Notes: a model not told the origin generated them from the letters alone. Positions 7,712 through 17,350 are shown, numbered from the stretch's first letter. The stretch: DNA of 60,210 nt from Nitrososphaeria archaeon (GCA_049967195.1 JBMFTE010000002.1:1-60210); one strand, 5' to 3'. Numbers and translations: made by a program.

Positions 7712-9706
7712 TTGGAATATACAGACAGGCTGATCAAAGGTCATGGAAAGTATGTGGCTGACATAACTTTACCGGAAATGCTCAACATGGAGGTCGTAAG
7801 GAGCAAAATTGCTAGGGGTAATATTGTTTCGGTAAATGGAGGCATCACCGCTTCCGACATAAGCTTTTATCTGGGTTCTTCCGGCGAGGGTTACGGAGAA
7901 GGAAACGTTGCTGTAAAGCAGCCTGTTCTGGCAGAAAAATATATCAGCTATTACGGGCAGCCGGTTGCAGTAGTTTACGACAGCAGTAAATATGTAGCTA
8001 AGGATCTTGCCGAGTCAGTTGAAATCAAGGTCGAACAGCTTGAACCAGTTGTCACGCTGGACCAGGCGTTAAAACTTCCACCCATACATCCAGGCATCAA
8101 AAGCAACAGGGCATCGGAATTTACCCTTGGAAAGGAGTATCCAGACAAAGGGGATGTTGAAGTTGAAGATGAACTTTATCTGGAAAGGGTTGTGGCAGAT
8201 CCGCTTGAGACACGCGGCATAGTTTCCTTTTACCGTGACGGGATTCTTAACGTCTGGATATCTACGCAGTCAGTTTACAGCATAAGGGATGGGCTAAGCG
8301 CCGCACTTGGGCTGCCACATGACAGGGTCAGGGTAATACAGGCAGACACGGGGGGCGCATTCGGATCAAAGAGCGCGGTTTATCCTGAATATGTAATTGC
8401 ATCCTATATATCCATGAAAACTGGCAAGCCAGTAAAGTGGACAGAATCCAGGGAAGAGCACCTGATGGCCAGCAGGCCGGGAAGAGGAGCATTTGGCAGG
8501 TTAAAGCTTTCAGCAACAAGGGATGGAAAAATAGTTGGGCTGAGGGGTGAAGTGATTGTCGATATAGGGGCTTACGGGGACATGCTTGGGCTTAATTCGC
8601 CGGCATGGATAGCCAGGCAGTTGACCGGGCCTTACGCAATAGCAAACGCATATTTGAAGACCACAGCGCTGTATACAAACAAGGCGCCCCTAGGGCCTTA
8701 CAGGGGTGCCGGCAGGCCCGAAGCGTCGTTTTTTATGGAAAGGATGATGGACCTGCTGGCAGATAAGCTCGGTATGGATCCTGCAGAGATCAGACTCAAA
8801 AATGCAACTGAATCTACTTTTAAATCCCCTATGGGGCTGGTTGTAAACGCTTCAAAGCAATTTCTGGAAAGGGGGCTCAGGGAAACAGGCTATTGGGATA
8901 TGACCAACCCTGGCAAAGGCGTTTCATTCTTCATACTGATTCCGGCCGTTTTCGGGGGCGAAAGCGCTAGAATTTCAGTAAAAGATGGCAAAATAAATGT
9001 ATGGCTTGGGGGAAACGCGCACTGGCAGAGGCATGAGCTATTTGTAAAGAAAATAGTAAGTGATGTCACGGGGGTACCTGAAGAATACATAGAACTAAAC
9101 AAGGGCAACACCGAAGAGCTTGATTACGGGGTTGGGACATGGGGCAGCAGGTCTGCGATAGTTGCTGGGCAGGCTGTGTACCGGGCAGCAATGAAAATCA
9201 GAGAAATGGCTGAAAAAGAGGGCAAAGGCGTTCTTTCGGGGGCATACGACTACAGCGTCATGGAAAACATGGAGCTTGACCCATCAAAGATTTCATTTTT
9301 ACTTACTGTTACGTCGGCAAACTTGAACGAAGCAGGTGACCCTGAAATTAAAAGCTGCACGGCATTTTATGACGTTGGTGAGCCTCTTTCCAGAACAAGC
9401 ATAACTGGGCAGATAACTGGCGGCCTTGCGCAGGCAATATCCGAAGTCCTGTTTGAATCACAGACCTATAACCGTGAAGGAAAGCCTGAAGCCCAGACGA
9501 TTTCTGAGGCAGGCGTGCCATATGCGCACCAGCTCCCCCGTTTCAGGGTTATTATCGCGCAGGAGGGAAAATCAGATACCTTGCACGGTGCAAAGGGGGT
9601 TGGTGAGGCTGGCACGGTGGGTGGCCTGCCATCAATTGCCAGGGCTGTTGAAAGCGTCACCGGGAAAAGAGTGAGAAAATTGCCGGTAATGTACGGTGTT
9701 CAGTGA
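7712..9706 (+). CDS. coxL: Molybdopterin-binding large subunit of xanthine dehydrogenase/aldehyde oxidoreductase/CoxL family (not form I CO dehydrogenase)
   Basis: 664 aa with a TTG start 1 nt after the coxS stop. The active-site loop reads GPYRGAGRPEA (generic or form-II type), not the AYxCSFR of true CODH. Confidence 0.8.
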   Translation: MEYTDRLIKGHGKYVADITLPEMLNMEVVRSKIARGNIVSVNGGITASDISFYLGSSGEGYGEGNVAVKQPVLAEKYISYYGQPVAVVYDSSKYVAKDLAESVEIKVEQLEPVVTLDQALKLPPIHPGIKSNRASEFTLGKEYPDKGDVEVEDELYLERVVADPLETRGIVSFYRDGILNVWISTQSVYSIRDGLSAALGLPHDRVRVIQADTGGAFGSKSAVYPEYVIASYISMKTGKPVKWTESREEHLMASRPGRGAFGRLKLSATRDGKIVGLRGEVIVDIGAYGDMLGLNSPAWIARQLTGPYAIANAYLKTTALYTNKAPLGPYRGAGRPEASFFMERMMDLLADKLGMDPAEIRLKNATESTFKSPMGLVVNASKQFLERGLRETGYWDMTNPGKGVSFFILIPAVFGGESARISVKDGKINVWLGGNAHWQRHELFVKKIVSDVTGVPEEYIELNKGNTEELDYGVGTWGSRSAIVAGQAVYRAAMKIREMAEKEGKGVLSGAYDYSVMENMELDPSKISFLLTVTSANLNEAGDPEIKSCTAFYDVGEPLSRTSITGQITGGLAQAISEVLFESQTYNREGKPEAQTISEAGVPYAHQLPRFRVIIAQEGKSDTLHGAKGVGEAGTVGGLPSIARAVESVTGKRVRKLPVMYGVQ

Positions 9707-9754
9707 AAAATTATATCTGACGTATTTATAAATCATTTATACAATAGTTATTAC

Positions 9755-10711
9755 ATGGACGCAGACGATATGCTTGACTTTTATGAAAGTTGGCCGGGGT
9801 TATTCTCGCCAGTAAAGCCTGAATTTAAAGTTAAAAGGGCTAACAAAATTATAGTAACCGGCTACGGAGCTTCGCTGATCCCGCTTATGATGATACGCGA
9901 GCTATCCAAAGAAGGGTTGATTAAAATACTGCATCCAGGAGAAATGCCAAGGGTACTAGAACCCGAAACAGCTTTTCTGGCAGTAAGTCATTCAGGGGAC
10001 ACAGTTGAAACCATAAATGCCCTTACCAGTGCAAAACGGCTTGGTTATGATTGCATATCTGTGGGGGGCGGTGGCATCATTGAGCGGAAATCTAGGGATA
10101 TGGGAATTGAATTTGTGAGGATCAACACAGCTCCCACAAGCAGGCTGGGTTTGCCGTACCTCCTCTCGGGAATATCACCAGTTGTTGACGAACTGCTGGG
10201 TACAGATCTGACACCAAGGTTCCAAAAAATGTTTGCTGATTTGTCAAAATCGGTGAGTTCCCTTGGGGCCGAGGCGAAGGCGATGGCTGAATTTGAAAAC
10301 GGTTCGTCATATGTTGGGCTTTATTTTTCAAACAATGCCATAAGTGCGGCGTACAGGCTCAGGTATGTCATAAGTGAAAACGCAAAAGTGCATTCAATAT
10401 TTGAAAACATAATGGAGGTCGTGCATAATGGTATAACAGCATGGGAAATGACCTATGGGCTACCAGTTCTTATGATAAGGAGCAACCTTGATGATGACAT
10501 TACCCGGCGCAGATTTGACCTTATATCTCAGGCACTGGGCGCGCTGGGCCACAGGGTCAGGAGCGTTTTGGTGAAAAAAGACGAGCTTTTGAGCACCATA
10601 TTTATGCTAGACCTTTCAACGGTGTACCTTTCAATTTTAAGGAAAGTGAACCCATTCTCAACTCAAACTCAGGCAATGGTCAGAGAAAAGATAAAGGCTG
10701 GCAATGACTAA
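9755..10711 (+). CDS. Bifunctional phosphoglucose/phosphomannose isomerase-like SIS-domain protein
   Basis: 318 aa. The SHSGDTVET motif and overall size match the archaeal PGI/PMI family. Confidence 0.6.
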   Translation: MDADDMLDFYESWPGLFSPVKPEFKVKRANKIIVTGYGASLIPLMMIRELSKEGLIKILHPGEMPRVLEPETAFLAVSHSGDTVETINALTSAKRLGYDCISVGGGGIIERKSRDMGIEFVRINTAPTSRLGLPYLLSGISPVVDELLGTDLTPRFQKMFADLSKSVSSLGAEAKAMAEFENGSSYVGLYFSNNAISAAYRLRYVISENAKVHSIFENIMEVVHNGITAWEMTYGLPVLMIRSNLDDDITRRRFDLISQALGALGHRVRSVLVKKDELLSTIFMLDLSTVYLSILRKVNPFSTQTQAMVREKIKAGND

Positions 10712-11129
10712 TAAAAAAAGAGGGTATGACTGGGAGGATAAGCTGGTCAAGTACTTTGAATCTGCCGACTGGATATCAATCAGGCTCGGTTCGCCCTCAA
10801 TACATTTGCCTGACGTTCTGGCGATTTCGAATAAGGAAAATGCAATGGTTGCAATAGAAGCCAAATCCAGCATGGGCGACAGGATAGTAGTGAGGAGGGA
10901 CCAGGTGCTCAGGCTATTTGAATTTCTTTCAATATTTAAGGCCTACAGGAACAGAACGCCGGTAATAGCAATAAAGTTTCTCAGGACTCATGGCAAGGCC
11001 TTGGAAGAAAAGTACTACACGGTTTATCAGGTGCCAGATTTTACACTTAGATTTTTACGTGGCTCAAAACAAGTTCCAAAAGGAATAAAAGAATGGCGCC
11101 CCCCGTTTAGGACCGATGGTAAAAAATGA
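10704..11129 (+). CDS. hjc: Holliday junction resolvase Hjc-type nuclease
   Basis: 141 aa. The pattern E...PDVLA...IEAK...VIAIKF matches the Hjc PD-(D/E)xK core. Overlaps its neighbours by 8 and 4 nt. Confidence 0.7.
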   Translation: MTNKKRGYDWEDKLVKYFESADWISIRLGSPSIHLPDVLAISNKENAMVAIEAKSSMGDRIVVRRDQVLRLFEFLSIFKAYRNRTPVIAIKFLRTHGKALEEKYYTVYQVPDFTLRFLRGSKQVPKGIKEWRPPFRTDGKK

Positions 11130-11860
11130 AATTAACAGTTCTTGGAAGCGGTGGGAGTGCCCAGACGGTGGAAAGGGCTTGCGCATCATATCTTCTTGAT
11201 GGTAAAATTTTGATTGATGCCGGGCCGGGTTCTTACAGAAACCTGCTGAAAGCCAGCTACGATCCGCTGCAGCTAAGGGCTCTGTTTTTATCTCACCTCC
11301 ACGGTGACCATTTCTTTGACATAGGGTCTCTGATATGGGGAATGTCGTTCATGCAGCGCGAAGAGCCCTTTACCATAGTGGGGCCGGCTGGCACGTCAGC
11401 TATGGTACAAAATATGCTAAGCGCGGCAAACACTCCCCCCTCATTTATGAAATTCAGCTTGAAATTTATCGAAATAAAGCCAGGTGATCAGTTTGTCGTG
11501 CAGGGAATAACTGTGCTTACAGCTTCAGGAAAGCACATAATTGAGGACGTGGCTTATAGAATTGGGGACATATGTTATACTGGCGATACTGCGCCTTCAG
11601 ACTACATAGTTAACCTCGCAACTGGAAGCAAACTGTTGATTCATGAAGCTTCAGGTCTGGCTGAAAATGAAGGCTTTCTTCAGGGAGTTGGCCACAGTTC
11701 ATCCAGGCAGGCTGGGCAGATAGCATCAAGGGCAAAGGTTGAAAAATTACTGCTTTCCCACATAACGCCAGCTGTCTCAAACAAAGAGAATGAACTTCTA
11801 AATCAGGCAAAATCAGAGTTCAGCAATGTTGAGATTGCAGAAGACCTTCTGGCATTCTAA
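11126..11860 (+). CDS. MBL-fold metallo-hydrolase (RNase Z/beta-lactamase superfamily)
   Basis: 244 aa. Carries the HLHGDH (HxHxDH) motif. Confidence 0.75.
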   Translation: MKLTVLGSGGSAQTVERACASYLLDGKILIDAGPGSYRNLLKASYDPLQLRALFLSHLHGDHFFDIGSLIWGMSFMQREEPFTIVGPAGTSAMVQNMLSAANTPPSFMKFSLKFIEIKPGDQFVVQGITVLTASGKHIIEDVAYRIGDICYTGDTAPSDYIVNLATGSKLLIHEASGLAENEGFLQGVGHSSSRQAGQIASRAKVEKLLLSHITPAVSNKENELLNQAKSEFSNVEIAEDLLAF

Positions 11861-12141
11861 AATGGGGGTGCACCTCTGACGGCAAACACTTCCTTAACGC
11901 CCATCTTGGCCAGAATCAATGCGGTTTCCCTGTATCCACGGTCAGGCCAGCAAAAGCACAGAGCCCTGTCAAAGCTGCCGGCGTAGTTCCTCTCAAGGTT
12001 TTCTTTTTGAAATTTAACTGGCCGGCCATTTTCTGTAATGTAAAAGGCATAACTTGATGCTTTTCTGGCATCCAGTATCAAAATGCCGTTTTGGGCAATC
12101 AGAGCTTTTGCCTCATCTGGCGTGATCTCCGTTATCTTCAT
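11857..12141 (-). CDS. Rhodanese-like single-domain protein
   Basis: 94 aa. ILDARK...CFCWPDRGYR loop with a candidate catalytic Cys. Its stop codon overlaps the stop of the convergent MBL gene. Confidence 0.6.
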   Translation of the reverse strand: MKITEITPDEAKALIAQNGILILDARKASSYAFYITENGRPVKFQKENLERNYAGSFDRALCFCWPDRGYRETALILAKMGVKEVFAVRGAPPF

Positions 12142-12222
12142 AATTCACCCTCTGCTGTATGTGGATATAAGGATGATGCAGCCGTTTATTGCAGTTATTG
12201 GCATAGGATCTTGGGTGCGGTT

Positions 12223-13368
12223 TCAGTGGCCAACCTGAGCCTTCTTTCTGACGTACGAGCTGGCAACCTTGCCTTCAAAATCAGCCAGCACATAGGCGTT
12301 TAGCAGTTTAGCTTCGTCCGGGTCAGCGATAGTTTTGAGCCTCCTGCTCTGGCCACCGCCCATGCATATATAATTATCAGCCTGCATCAATAGCCTCCAG
12401 ACCTGAATGATCCTGGCATCTCCAAGGGTTCTTGTATAGTCGAGAAGCCTGCACGCCTTGTCAAACAGGGTTCTCTGGGCAAAATCAGCGTTGAACGCGC
12501 TGTCACCATAATCCATATCATGCAGCGCCATGTTTTCTGGCACATAAAGAGTGCCATTGGTTACTGGGCTTACAGCTTCGCTAATGCTGCTCAGCGTTAT
12601 GCCTCCCTGCGCAATGTAGTTTGTGAGCACGTCTATGAACTTTTCACCCCTGTTTGCCATCTGTTCGGCTTCAAGGTAAATGACACCGTCAACCTCGGTC
12701 AGCCCTTCAAACATGCCTTCATATGCCGCTTCTGAGGCTTTTCTGTTCCTTATTATCACCTTGATATCACCGGACTGCGTTCCATAGACAAATTTGTGGT
12801 TGCTGAAACCATTCATTTCTTCCGTCAAAACCGCAGCTGCCCCGCTTGCCTTGGCAGCCTTTTCAACCTGTTCATTGTAAATCAGGAATGGCATAACTGC
12901 AACATCCGAAACTTTCAGGCCAAATTTGTTTAATATTGTACCATTCATTTTCAGCTGTTCAGCCATTTCTTCTACAGAGTTTTTGCACAGCGGGTAAAGC
13001 CCGTTATAAAGCGTAGTGTTGGCAATCAGTAGCTGGCCGCTGTTAGAAGCATCCTTTATTTTGTTCAAGAGCTCCGGGTAGTACTTTCCAGCGTTTTCTA
13101 GAAATAGGCCGCTGATGGCAAGGTAAACAGGGTATCCCTGTTTTGTCATGGACAGCACTCCATTAAGCAAGGGTTTATAGGAAAACTTGGCGTAAGCTTC
13201 AAACAATTCCTTGGTGAGCTTGCCGTCAAAGTACCTGTCAACCACGTTTGAATCGTTGAGTATTTTGCCAAGCCTTTCATTAATAAACCCCCTATTCATC
13301 CCAAGGGGTGGGCTAAACGATATAACCAATGATGTTGCCAATTTTATGTACTTATTTACACATTTCAA
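12223..13368 (-). CDS. Hypothetical protein, possibly GH57-like (alpha-amylase family 57 fold) lacking obvious catalytic motifs
   Basis: 381 aa. Segments LAISGLFLENAGKYYPELL and VWRLLMQADNYICM recall GH57 N-terminal domains, but no HQP motif is present. Start is either TTG 13368 or ATG 13299. Confidence 0.4.
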   Translation of the reverse strand: MKCVNKYIKLATSLVISFSPPLGMNRGFINERLGKILNDSNVVDRYFDGKLTKELFEAYAKFSYKPLLNGVLSMTKQGYPVYLAISGLFLENAGKYYPELLNKIKDASNSGQLLIANTTLYNGLYPLCKNSVEEMAEQLKMNGTILNKFGLKVSDVAVMPFLIYNEQVEKAAKASGAAAVLTEEMNGFSNHKFVYGTQSGDIKVIIRNRKASEAAYEGMFEGLTEVDGVIYLEAEQMANRGEKFIDVLTNYIAQGGITLSSISEAVSPVTNGTLYVPENMALHDMDYGDSAFNADFAQRTLFDKACRLLDYTRTLGDARIIQVWRLLMQADNYICMGGGQSRRLKTIADPDEAKLLNAYVLADFEGKVASSYVRKKAQVGH

Positions 13369-13506
13369 TTAAAAGGGTTTTTGACTAATATAATTGACCT
13401 CAAAGTCAAGCTTAAGAAATCAAATATGGCTAAAGCCATGAAGCAGCACGGCATAAAGTGGGCCAAAGGCTGACCATTTAAATAGGGGGTGCTGCAAATT
13501 ATTAAC

Positions 13507-14742
13507 ATGCAGCATATGGTTAAGGGCCTTGAACTGAAAGAAACTGGAAGAAAAAAGATGAACTGGGCAATGGATAGGATGAAGGTTTTGAGCAGCACTT
13601 ACAGCGATCTGGAAAAGGAAAAACCGTTCCTGGGCATTAATATTTCGATGAGCCTTCATCTTGAAGCCAAAACGGCTGTGCTTGCCATGTACCTCCAGAA
13701 GCTGGGAGCTTCAGTGAGCATAACCAGCAGCAACCCCATAACCTGCCAGGATGACGTCGCGGCAGCGCTTACCGACGACGTTAGCCACGTTTACGCATGG
13801 AGGGGAGAAACCGAAGATGAGTACAATGCCAATCACATGAAGTTGCTTGCAAATGAGCCTAACATTTTGGTTGACGACGGGGCCGACCTCACCGCAATGG
13901 CAATTTCATCTGGAAAGGTTTCAGGAATATACGGTGTATGTGAAGAAACAACAACTGGAGTTAGAAGGTTAAAGGCGCTGCAGGACAGCGGAAACCTGAA
14001 GTTCCCTGCAATTGCGGTTAATGATGCAAGGGGGAAATACCTTTACGATAACAGATTCGGGAGCGGGCAGAGCGTCGTAGATGGAATAGTCAGGTCAACA
14101 AACATTATGCTAGGTGGCAAAAGCGCGGTTGTTGCAGGGTTTGGCTGGGTTGGCAGAGGAGTGGCTGAAAGGCTCAGGGGCATGGGTGCCGTAGTTACGG
14201 TTGTGGAGAGTGACCCGTTTAAAGCTTTGGAGGCTTACTTTGATGGGTTTACTGTAACAAACATGGACAGGGCATCGCAGTATGGCGACGTGTTCATAAC
14301 GTGTACCGGGGATAAAAGGGTGATTTCAGAAAGGCACTTCAGCAAAATGAAGGATGGTGCATTTCTTGCAAATGCCGGTCACTTTGACGTTGAAGTGGAT
14401 GTGGCTTGGCTTAAGGCCAATGCCGTATCCTACAGCAATGTCAGACCAAATGTTACAGAATTCAGGCTTAAGGATGGGAAAAGCCTATACCTTCTGGCGG
14501 ATGGAAGGCTGGTAAACCTCGGGGCAGCTGACGGGCACCCGATAGAAATAATGGACCTTTCATTTTCGCTGCAGCTGTTGAGCGCGCTGTACCTGCTCAG
14601 GAACCACGGCAAATTGGAAAACAGGGTTTACCCGGTACCGTCCGAAGTCGACGAGGGAGTTGTGAAAAAATTCCTCATCATTAACGGCGTGAAGCTTGAG
14701 GAACTGAGCAGCGAGCAGTTAAACTATATCAACAGCTGGTAA
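13507..14742 (+). CDS. ahcY: S-adenosyl-L-homocysteine hydrolase
   Basis: Conserved N-terminus (WAMDRMKVL...EKPF), SNPITCQDDVAAAL, and the NAD-binding site GFGWVGRGVA. Start ATG 13507 or 13516, downstream of the TATA-like CATTTAAATAG. Confidence 0.93.
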   Translation: MQHMVKGLELKETGRKKMNWAMDRMKVLSSTYSDLEKEKPFLGINISMSLHLEAKTAVLAMYLQKLGASVSITSSNPITCQDDVAAALTDDVSHVYAWRGETEDEYNANHMKLLANEPNILVDDGADLTAMAISSGKVSGIYGVCEETTTGVRRLKALQDSGNLKFPAIAVNDARGKYLYDNRFGSGQSVVDGIVRSTNIMLGGKSAVVAGFGWVGRGVAERLRGMGAVVTVVESDPFKALEAYFDGFTVTNMDRASQYGDVFITCTGDKRVISERHFSKMKDGAFLANAGHFDVEVDVAWLKANAVSYSNVRPNVTEFRLKDGKSLYLLADGRLVNLGAADGHPIEIMDLSFSLQLLSALYLLRNHGKLENRVYPVPSEVDEGVVKKFLIINGVKLEELSSEQLNYINSW

Positions 14743-14769
14743 CTGTGCTGACAGGATACCCTGCTCCTC

Positions 14770-15057
14770 TCACTCCAAATTAAGCTCCTTAAGCAGCGCT
14801 ATAAAGCCCTGACCGTTATATTTTAGGCCATATTCCCCTGCTATTTTTTCGCAAATGGCATTTTCCACTATGCTCTCAAAATCTCCAAAAATTGTGTGGA
14901 GAGCCCTTACAAAAAGTTCGGGATTGTTCTGCACATTTTCGGGTTTCAGATTATAGGTATGCTCCAGATGCCACAGCACAACGTTTTTGTTTATTTCACC
15001 ATATTCCGCCAGTGCGTCAGAGATCAGTTTGGCAACTGTATTTTTTCTTCCTTCCAT
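14770..15057 (-). CDS. Small conserved hypothetical protein S1 (95 aa), paralog of 39724-39999
   Basis: Gapless alignment with the 39724-39999 product gives roughly 40% identity (38 of 91 positions counted by eye, e.g. VV-WHLE-T, NP--F--AL--IFGD, EYG-KY-G-G). Its ATG lies 1 nt after the stop of the KaiC-like gene. Confidence 0.75.
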   Translation of the reverse strand: MEGRKNTVAKLISDALAEYGEINKNVVLWHLEHTYNLKPENVQNNPELFVRALHTIFGDFESIVENAICEKIAGEYGLKYNGQGFIALLKELNLE

Positions 15058-15058
15058 T

Positions 15059-16321
15059 TTACATCATCTGAGTGAATGTCATTGTTCTATTTTCAGCGTT
15101 AACATCTATGTGATACAGCGATCCTGGCGGTTTCACCGCTTTCCAGAATAGGTGGCCGGATTTGTAAATCAAGCGCCTTTCCATGTCGGCGTACTTCCTT
15201 TGCACTCTGGCAGCGCTCAGGTCGCCGCTGCCGTAAAGCAGGGACAAATTTTTAGATGATGAGCTACGGGGCGTTATATGGCTTACAAACTGCTCATACC
15301 CCTGGGGGTTTACAACCGCAAACTCCTCATCGGCAAGAACATCCACAATGTTAACAACATTATCACCAACATGCCCGGAGGTCATAACTGCATTGTACTT
15401 TACTGGGTCAAAATCCAAACTGCCACCATTGGCAGTTATCACCTTTAAATTTTCCGTCTTTGAGCCAAGCATTTGATAAATATTAGATGCAATTTCATCT
15501 TCATATTCAATTTTTGAAATAATATAGTTGACCTTTTTTCCGGCAAGCAGATAATCCGCAGCAACCCATTCCCTGAATAAGGAACCAACCACGTGACTTA
15601 CTCCTTCTCCAAACACTGTAAGTATCCTGTTCCACCTGCTTAGCTGCATGTCAATGTTCGCTTCTTCAGGCCTTGCTATGGCATTGACGTTTTTAATGCT
15701 TAACGAAAAATAACTAGGCGTCGGTTCATTTACCCTGAACCCATTAAAAAGCGTAAAATAGAACGGTTCTGGGGGGACGGGGTTGTCCCTGTCCTTAGTC
15801 ACATTTATGCGCCTTGCTTTACCACCCATTATTTTTTCGTCGGTCATCTGGATTATTGCATCGCTCACAAATTTTATCTGGGTCGAAGCGCTGCTTGTAC
15901 CTTCACTTATTATTAAAAGCGAGCCCGTTTTTCCCTTAACCGAATTATATATCAGTTGAAGGAATGACCTGATGTCTTTTTCATCCTTTATGCCGTAAAA
16001 CATAGCATCGAGTGAATCAAGAACCACCAGCTCCGAATTTTCAAGTGAATTAAGGATGGTGGAAAAGGCCCTTGAAGGGTCCCCAGTCATCATCCTCACT
16101 ATTTTTATTTTATTTTGAGATCCAGGCGATATGAGATTTGCCTTTGATAGGATTGATGATTCGGGTTCGGCATATGATACATAAGTGCAGTCCTTCTTAC
16201 TTTCGATACAGCACGCGAGTGAAAAGCTGGTTTTGCCAATGCCAGCATTTCCTTCAACCAGGCTAACGTAACCGGCCTTCAGTGGTATCTGGGTTGGCCA
16301 GTTCTTAGAAAATAACACCAT
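15059..16321 (-). CDS. KaiC/RecA-superfamily ATPase, two-domain (N-terminal P-loop domain plus P-loop-less C-terminal half)
   Basis: Walker A is EGNAGIGKTS and the Walker B-like motif is LVVLDSLD. ATG 16321 sits about 27 nt downstream of a TATA box (GTTTATATATCAC on the minus strand, 16343-16352). The ORF opens at TTG 16336. Confidence 0.75.
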   Translation of the reverse strand: MVLFSKNWPTQIPLKAGYVSLVEGNAGIGKTSFSLACCIESKKDCTYVSYAEPESSILSKANLISPGSQNKIKIVRMMTGDPSRAFSTILNSLENSELVVLDSLDAMFYGIKDEKDIRSFLQLIYNSVKGKTGSLLIISEGTSSASTQIKFVSDAIIQMTDEKIMGGKARRINVTKDRDNPVPPEPFYFTLFNGFRVNEPTPSYFSLSIKNVNAIARPEEANIDMQLSRWNRILTVFGEGVSHVVGSLFREWVAADYLLAGKKVNYIISKIEYEDEIASNIYQMLGSKTENLKVITANGGSLDFDPVKYNAVMTSGHVGDNVVNIVDVLADEEFAVVNPQGYEQFVSHITPRSSSSKNLSLLYGSGDLSAARVQRKYADMERRLIYKSGHLFWKAVKPPGSLYHIDVNAENRTMTFTQMM

Positions 16322-16370
16322 TATAATGCTTATCAAAAAGTGATATATAAACAGTGCTTTTTAAAATGGG

Positions 16371-17267
16371 TTATTGTCCCGAAATTTTTGCTGATTTTTC
16401 AATGGTTTTCCAGTCAAGCCAGCCTGACGCAACGGCATTGTAGCCGTGTATGCTTTCAAAACTCTCCGCCCGCGCATAGACTGCCTTCACACCGTCAAGC
16501 CCAGCCAGCTTCATGTGAATCGCATTTATTGCAGTCCTGTAAATGTCTTCTACAAACTTTGTGTTCTTAAGTGAATTGTATATCACAAAGGCTTCGTCAG
16601 CCCTTTTGAGCGTGCTATAAACTGAACCGCTCATTGACTGATATGCCGCATCAAGTAGGTCATTTACATTTGCCTGTGGCTTTCCGTAAAAGTCAATAAA
16701 TAAGCCCAGCCTGGCCCTCTGCATGTGGGTTGGCGTTATTTTATCCACATGTGATTCAAGTTTTGTCCTCATCAGCTCTGCCCCGCATGGGCAGGTTGAA
16801 ATTCCAGTGACAGTAACGCCCAGCATGCTGTTTTCGTTTCCGTCCCTTGCCCTTATAGCGCGTTCTGAGAGGACAAACCGCTCTATGGAATCAAGGTACG
16901 ATACCGGGGATTCAGTGTACAGAAATCCCTCACCTCTGATGGCCACCCTGCTGTTAACGGAGTATTCATGCGCAGACAATATCCTTTCAGCCATAATACT
17001 TGCAAGGTCTTCTATTCTTTTTGCATCAGAAATTGATTGTATTAACCCGATGGTGGTCCTTGACATATTGGCACCCCTCATCTTTTGGGGAATATCAACG
17101 GTTGCCCTCACCCTAGCTCCAGAATACTTTATCCTGTCATCTGAGAAATTGGATATGGGGAACCTAAATCCGTTTATGCCAACGTTCTTTATTTTAAGCA
17201 GAGACCCTGGCATTTCGTACTGTATGTCCCTTGAATTCTTCGCCACTGTTTTCCATTCGTCTTGCAT
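16371..17267 (-). CDS. mptA: GTP cyclohydrolase MptA/FolE2 family (type IB)
   Basis: 298 aa. N-terminal DIQYEMP...VGINGFRFPI and the GISTCPCGAE metal-site motif are typical of FolE2/MptA. Confidence 0.8.
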   Translation of the reverse strand: MQDEWKTVAKNSRDIQYEMPGSLLKIKNVGINGFRFPISNFSDDRIKYSGARVRATVDIPQKMRGANMSRTTIGLIQSISDAKRIEDLASIMAERILSAHEYSVNSRVAIRGEGFLYTESPVSYLDSIERFVLSERAIRARDGNENSMLGVTVTGISTCPCGAELMRTKLESHVDKITPTHMQRARLGLFIDFYGKPQANVNDLLDAAYQSMSGSVYSTLKRADEAFVIYNSLKNTKFVEDIYRTAINAIHMKLAGLDGVKAVYARAESFESIHGYNAVASGWLDWKTIEKSAKISGQ

Positions 17268-17350
17268 TGGGTGTCAGTTCATATGACCGTTAATAAATTA
17301 TTATGCAAAAATTATATAAGCTTAAAGGCAAGCCGGCATAAGGATTTGAC

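Noticed and set aside
6392-9706. Annotation as aerobic carbon monoxide dehydrogenase
   Set aside because: The large subunit lacks the form I AYxCSFR active-site loop (it has YRGAGR). It is called only a Mo-hydroxylase family enzyme.
16723-17286. 187-aa + strand ORF and similar long antisense ORFs (for example 4255-4728, 37130-37771, 45666-46040, 49663-50127, 58212-58757, 24227-24631)
   Set aside because: Each lies entirely antisense to a gene with clear family motifs and has Ser/Leu/Pro-rich shadow-ORF composition. They are treated as non-coding.
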